Origin: Camelus ferus
Taxonomy: Eukaryota
NCBI RefSeq assembly: GCF_009834535.1
Contig: NC_045697.1
Coordinates: forward strand, 38,442,001 to 38,506,000
DNA length: 64,000 nt
Reading direction: 5' to 3'
How positions within the stretch are numbered: position 1 is the first letter of the stretch; each line of letters begins with the position of its first letter. This document shows, piece by piece, positions 62,560 to 64,000 of the stretch. The notes beneath the pieces are model-generated. The model was not told where the DNA came from, did no database searches, and saw nothing but the letters and a program-made list of their open reading frames with translations. Position numbers and translations under genes: made by a program.

Positions 62560-63920
62560 AAAAAATATAATGAAAAGGTTTGGAAGATAAAGTTGAGGAA
62601 AACTCTCAGAAGACAGAGGAAAAAAGACAAAGATAAAAAATTTAAGAAAGTTAGAATATCAGTACTGGAGGCCCAACAACCCAATCATAGGAGATGCACA
62701 AAGGAGTAATGGAAGGAAGAAAGTCATCAAAGAAATATTTCACAGATTCCCAGAACTGGGGGCCATGAGCTTCTAAATTGAAAAGGCCCATTGAGCTCTC
62801 AGCACAATAGATGCCAGTGGAGCCATAAGGAAGACTCCTGGTGTGACATGGCAAAATATCCAGGATAAAGAGAAGATCTTAAGAGCTTCTAGAGAGAATG
62901 GCGAAACGTGTTACATACTTAAAGGTAAGAGAATCAGAATGGCACTGTTGGAACACAGAGACACAGTAAAGCAGTAGGAAGAATACAGTAAGGAAATGAA
63001 ACAATGCCGTCAAAATTCTGGAGGAAGTATTTTCACCCTAGGATTCTATCTTTTGGCAAACAGTGTATGAGGGTAGAATAAATACATTTTCAGGCATTCA
63101 AGGTTTCAAAAATTTTACTTCCCAGGAAGTTACTGGAAGATACGCTTCATCTAAGTGAGGTTGTCAAAAAAGATAGAAAAACACGAAAAGCAAGAAAATA
63201 ATAGATTTAACACAAAAAATGAGGCAAAGGGAATCTTCAGGACGATGGTGAAGGAACGTCTCAAGATGAGAGCTTTGCTGGAGGCCTGGGGGAAATAGTC
63301 CAGATTTGAGCAGATCAGAAATATTGGAGGCGGTGTCTCCCGGAGGATGAAATTGACAGAATTCTTGATTCAGCTCGTGAAGAGAAGTTGTAGACACTTT
63401 GTGGAGAATTTTCAAAATAATTGGTGTTAAATACGTTTAAAAAAAAACAAAAAAAATAAGTCAGTCCCTGAAGGTGGGGTTAAGGTGGGAATAGGAGTTT
63501 TTCAAGGAAAGAAGAATTATTAGCGTACCACGTGGCTCAGCAGTAAATAGCATTTATGCGATGATAATGTAGACTTCGAATATAGAACTGTTCAAAAAGA
63601 TGGTATAACTATAGTGGGAGGATGAGAAGTGGGGGTGTGTGCATGTGGCTTGGGAGGAGGGTTGATTTCCATAATGGGAAAGCAAAAGATAATAAACTCT
63701 TATAGCTAAAAAAAATCAAGAGTAGCAACATAGCTTTGCCTTTGAAGATACAGAGATCAGTGCCAAAAGAAACAACGAAGTCTGAATGTGGTTGCCTCTA
63801 GGAAGTGGGAAAAATGGGATGGGAAGACACTGCTTGTGTAATGAGCCGTGCAGAACTATTTGATTCTTTAAACTGCCTGTATGTGTAACTTTGGTGTCAA
63901 GGAAACATAAATATAAAAAA
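62560..63920 (+). mobile_element. HAL1-like (half-L1: ORF1-like remnant directly followed by 3' UTR)
   Basis: Decayed ORF1-like text (gaagataaagttgaggaaa, caaaattctggaggaa, cctaggattcta), no ORF2, ending gaactatttgattctttaaact...A-rich. Confidence 0.65.
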
Positions 63921-64000
63921 GGAAAGCAAGTAAATAAAAGTGAAAACTAGTGCCCCAAATAGAAGTTATTTGAGAAGTTTAAAATATGTAATTTGCCCGA

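Noticed and set aside
62560..63160. L1TD1-like domesticated ORF1 gene
   Set aside because: No long ORF on the + strand. It is heavily decayed and followed by a HAL1-like 3' UTR.
1..64000. CRISPR arrays, operons, rRNA, NUMT, processed pseudogene or ERV internal genes
   Set aside because: The sequence is mammalian intronic/intergenic. I saw no regularly spaced repeats or recognisable signatures of these. Small ncRNAs cannot be excluded without an Rfam search.

Overview
Mammalian genomic DNA, very probably camelid (alpaca/llama/camel), judged from about 12 copies of a short tRNA-derived SINE resembling Vic-1. The window holds the 5' end of an unidentified + strand gene. A CpG-island promoter (about 4580-5600) has CCAAT, GC-box and E-box motifs, and a first exon ends at a strong donor (CAG|GTGAGC, 5151/5152). 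About 59 kb of what looks like a long first intron follows, possibly with small non-coding exons. I can support no host protein-coding exon and do not name the gene. The rest is ordinary interspersed repeat: L1 (one near full-length decayed copy, many 3' tails with TSDs), HAL1, L2, MIR, MamSINE1-like, MaLR/ERVL LTRs, and hAT and Tigger MITEs. ORFs in the track are decayed L1 fragments, GC-rich stop-poor frames or chance ORFs. I see no convincing new biological system. The best leads are small-scale: a strong-Kozak uORF, candidate micro-exons and AG|GT recursive-splice-like sites, an unexplained 47-bp repeat with copies 4 kb apart, a short L1 3' transduction, a micro-inversion inside L1, and several motif clusters. 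Repeat family names come from my memory of consensus sequences, not a search. Boundaries without TSDs are approximate.
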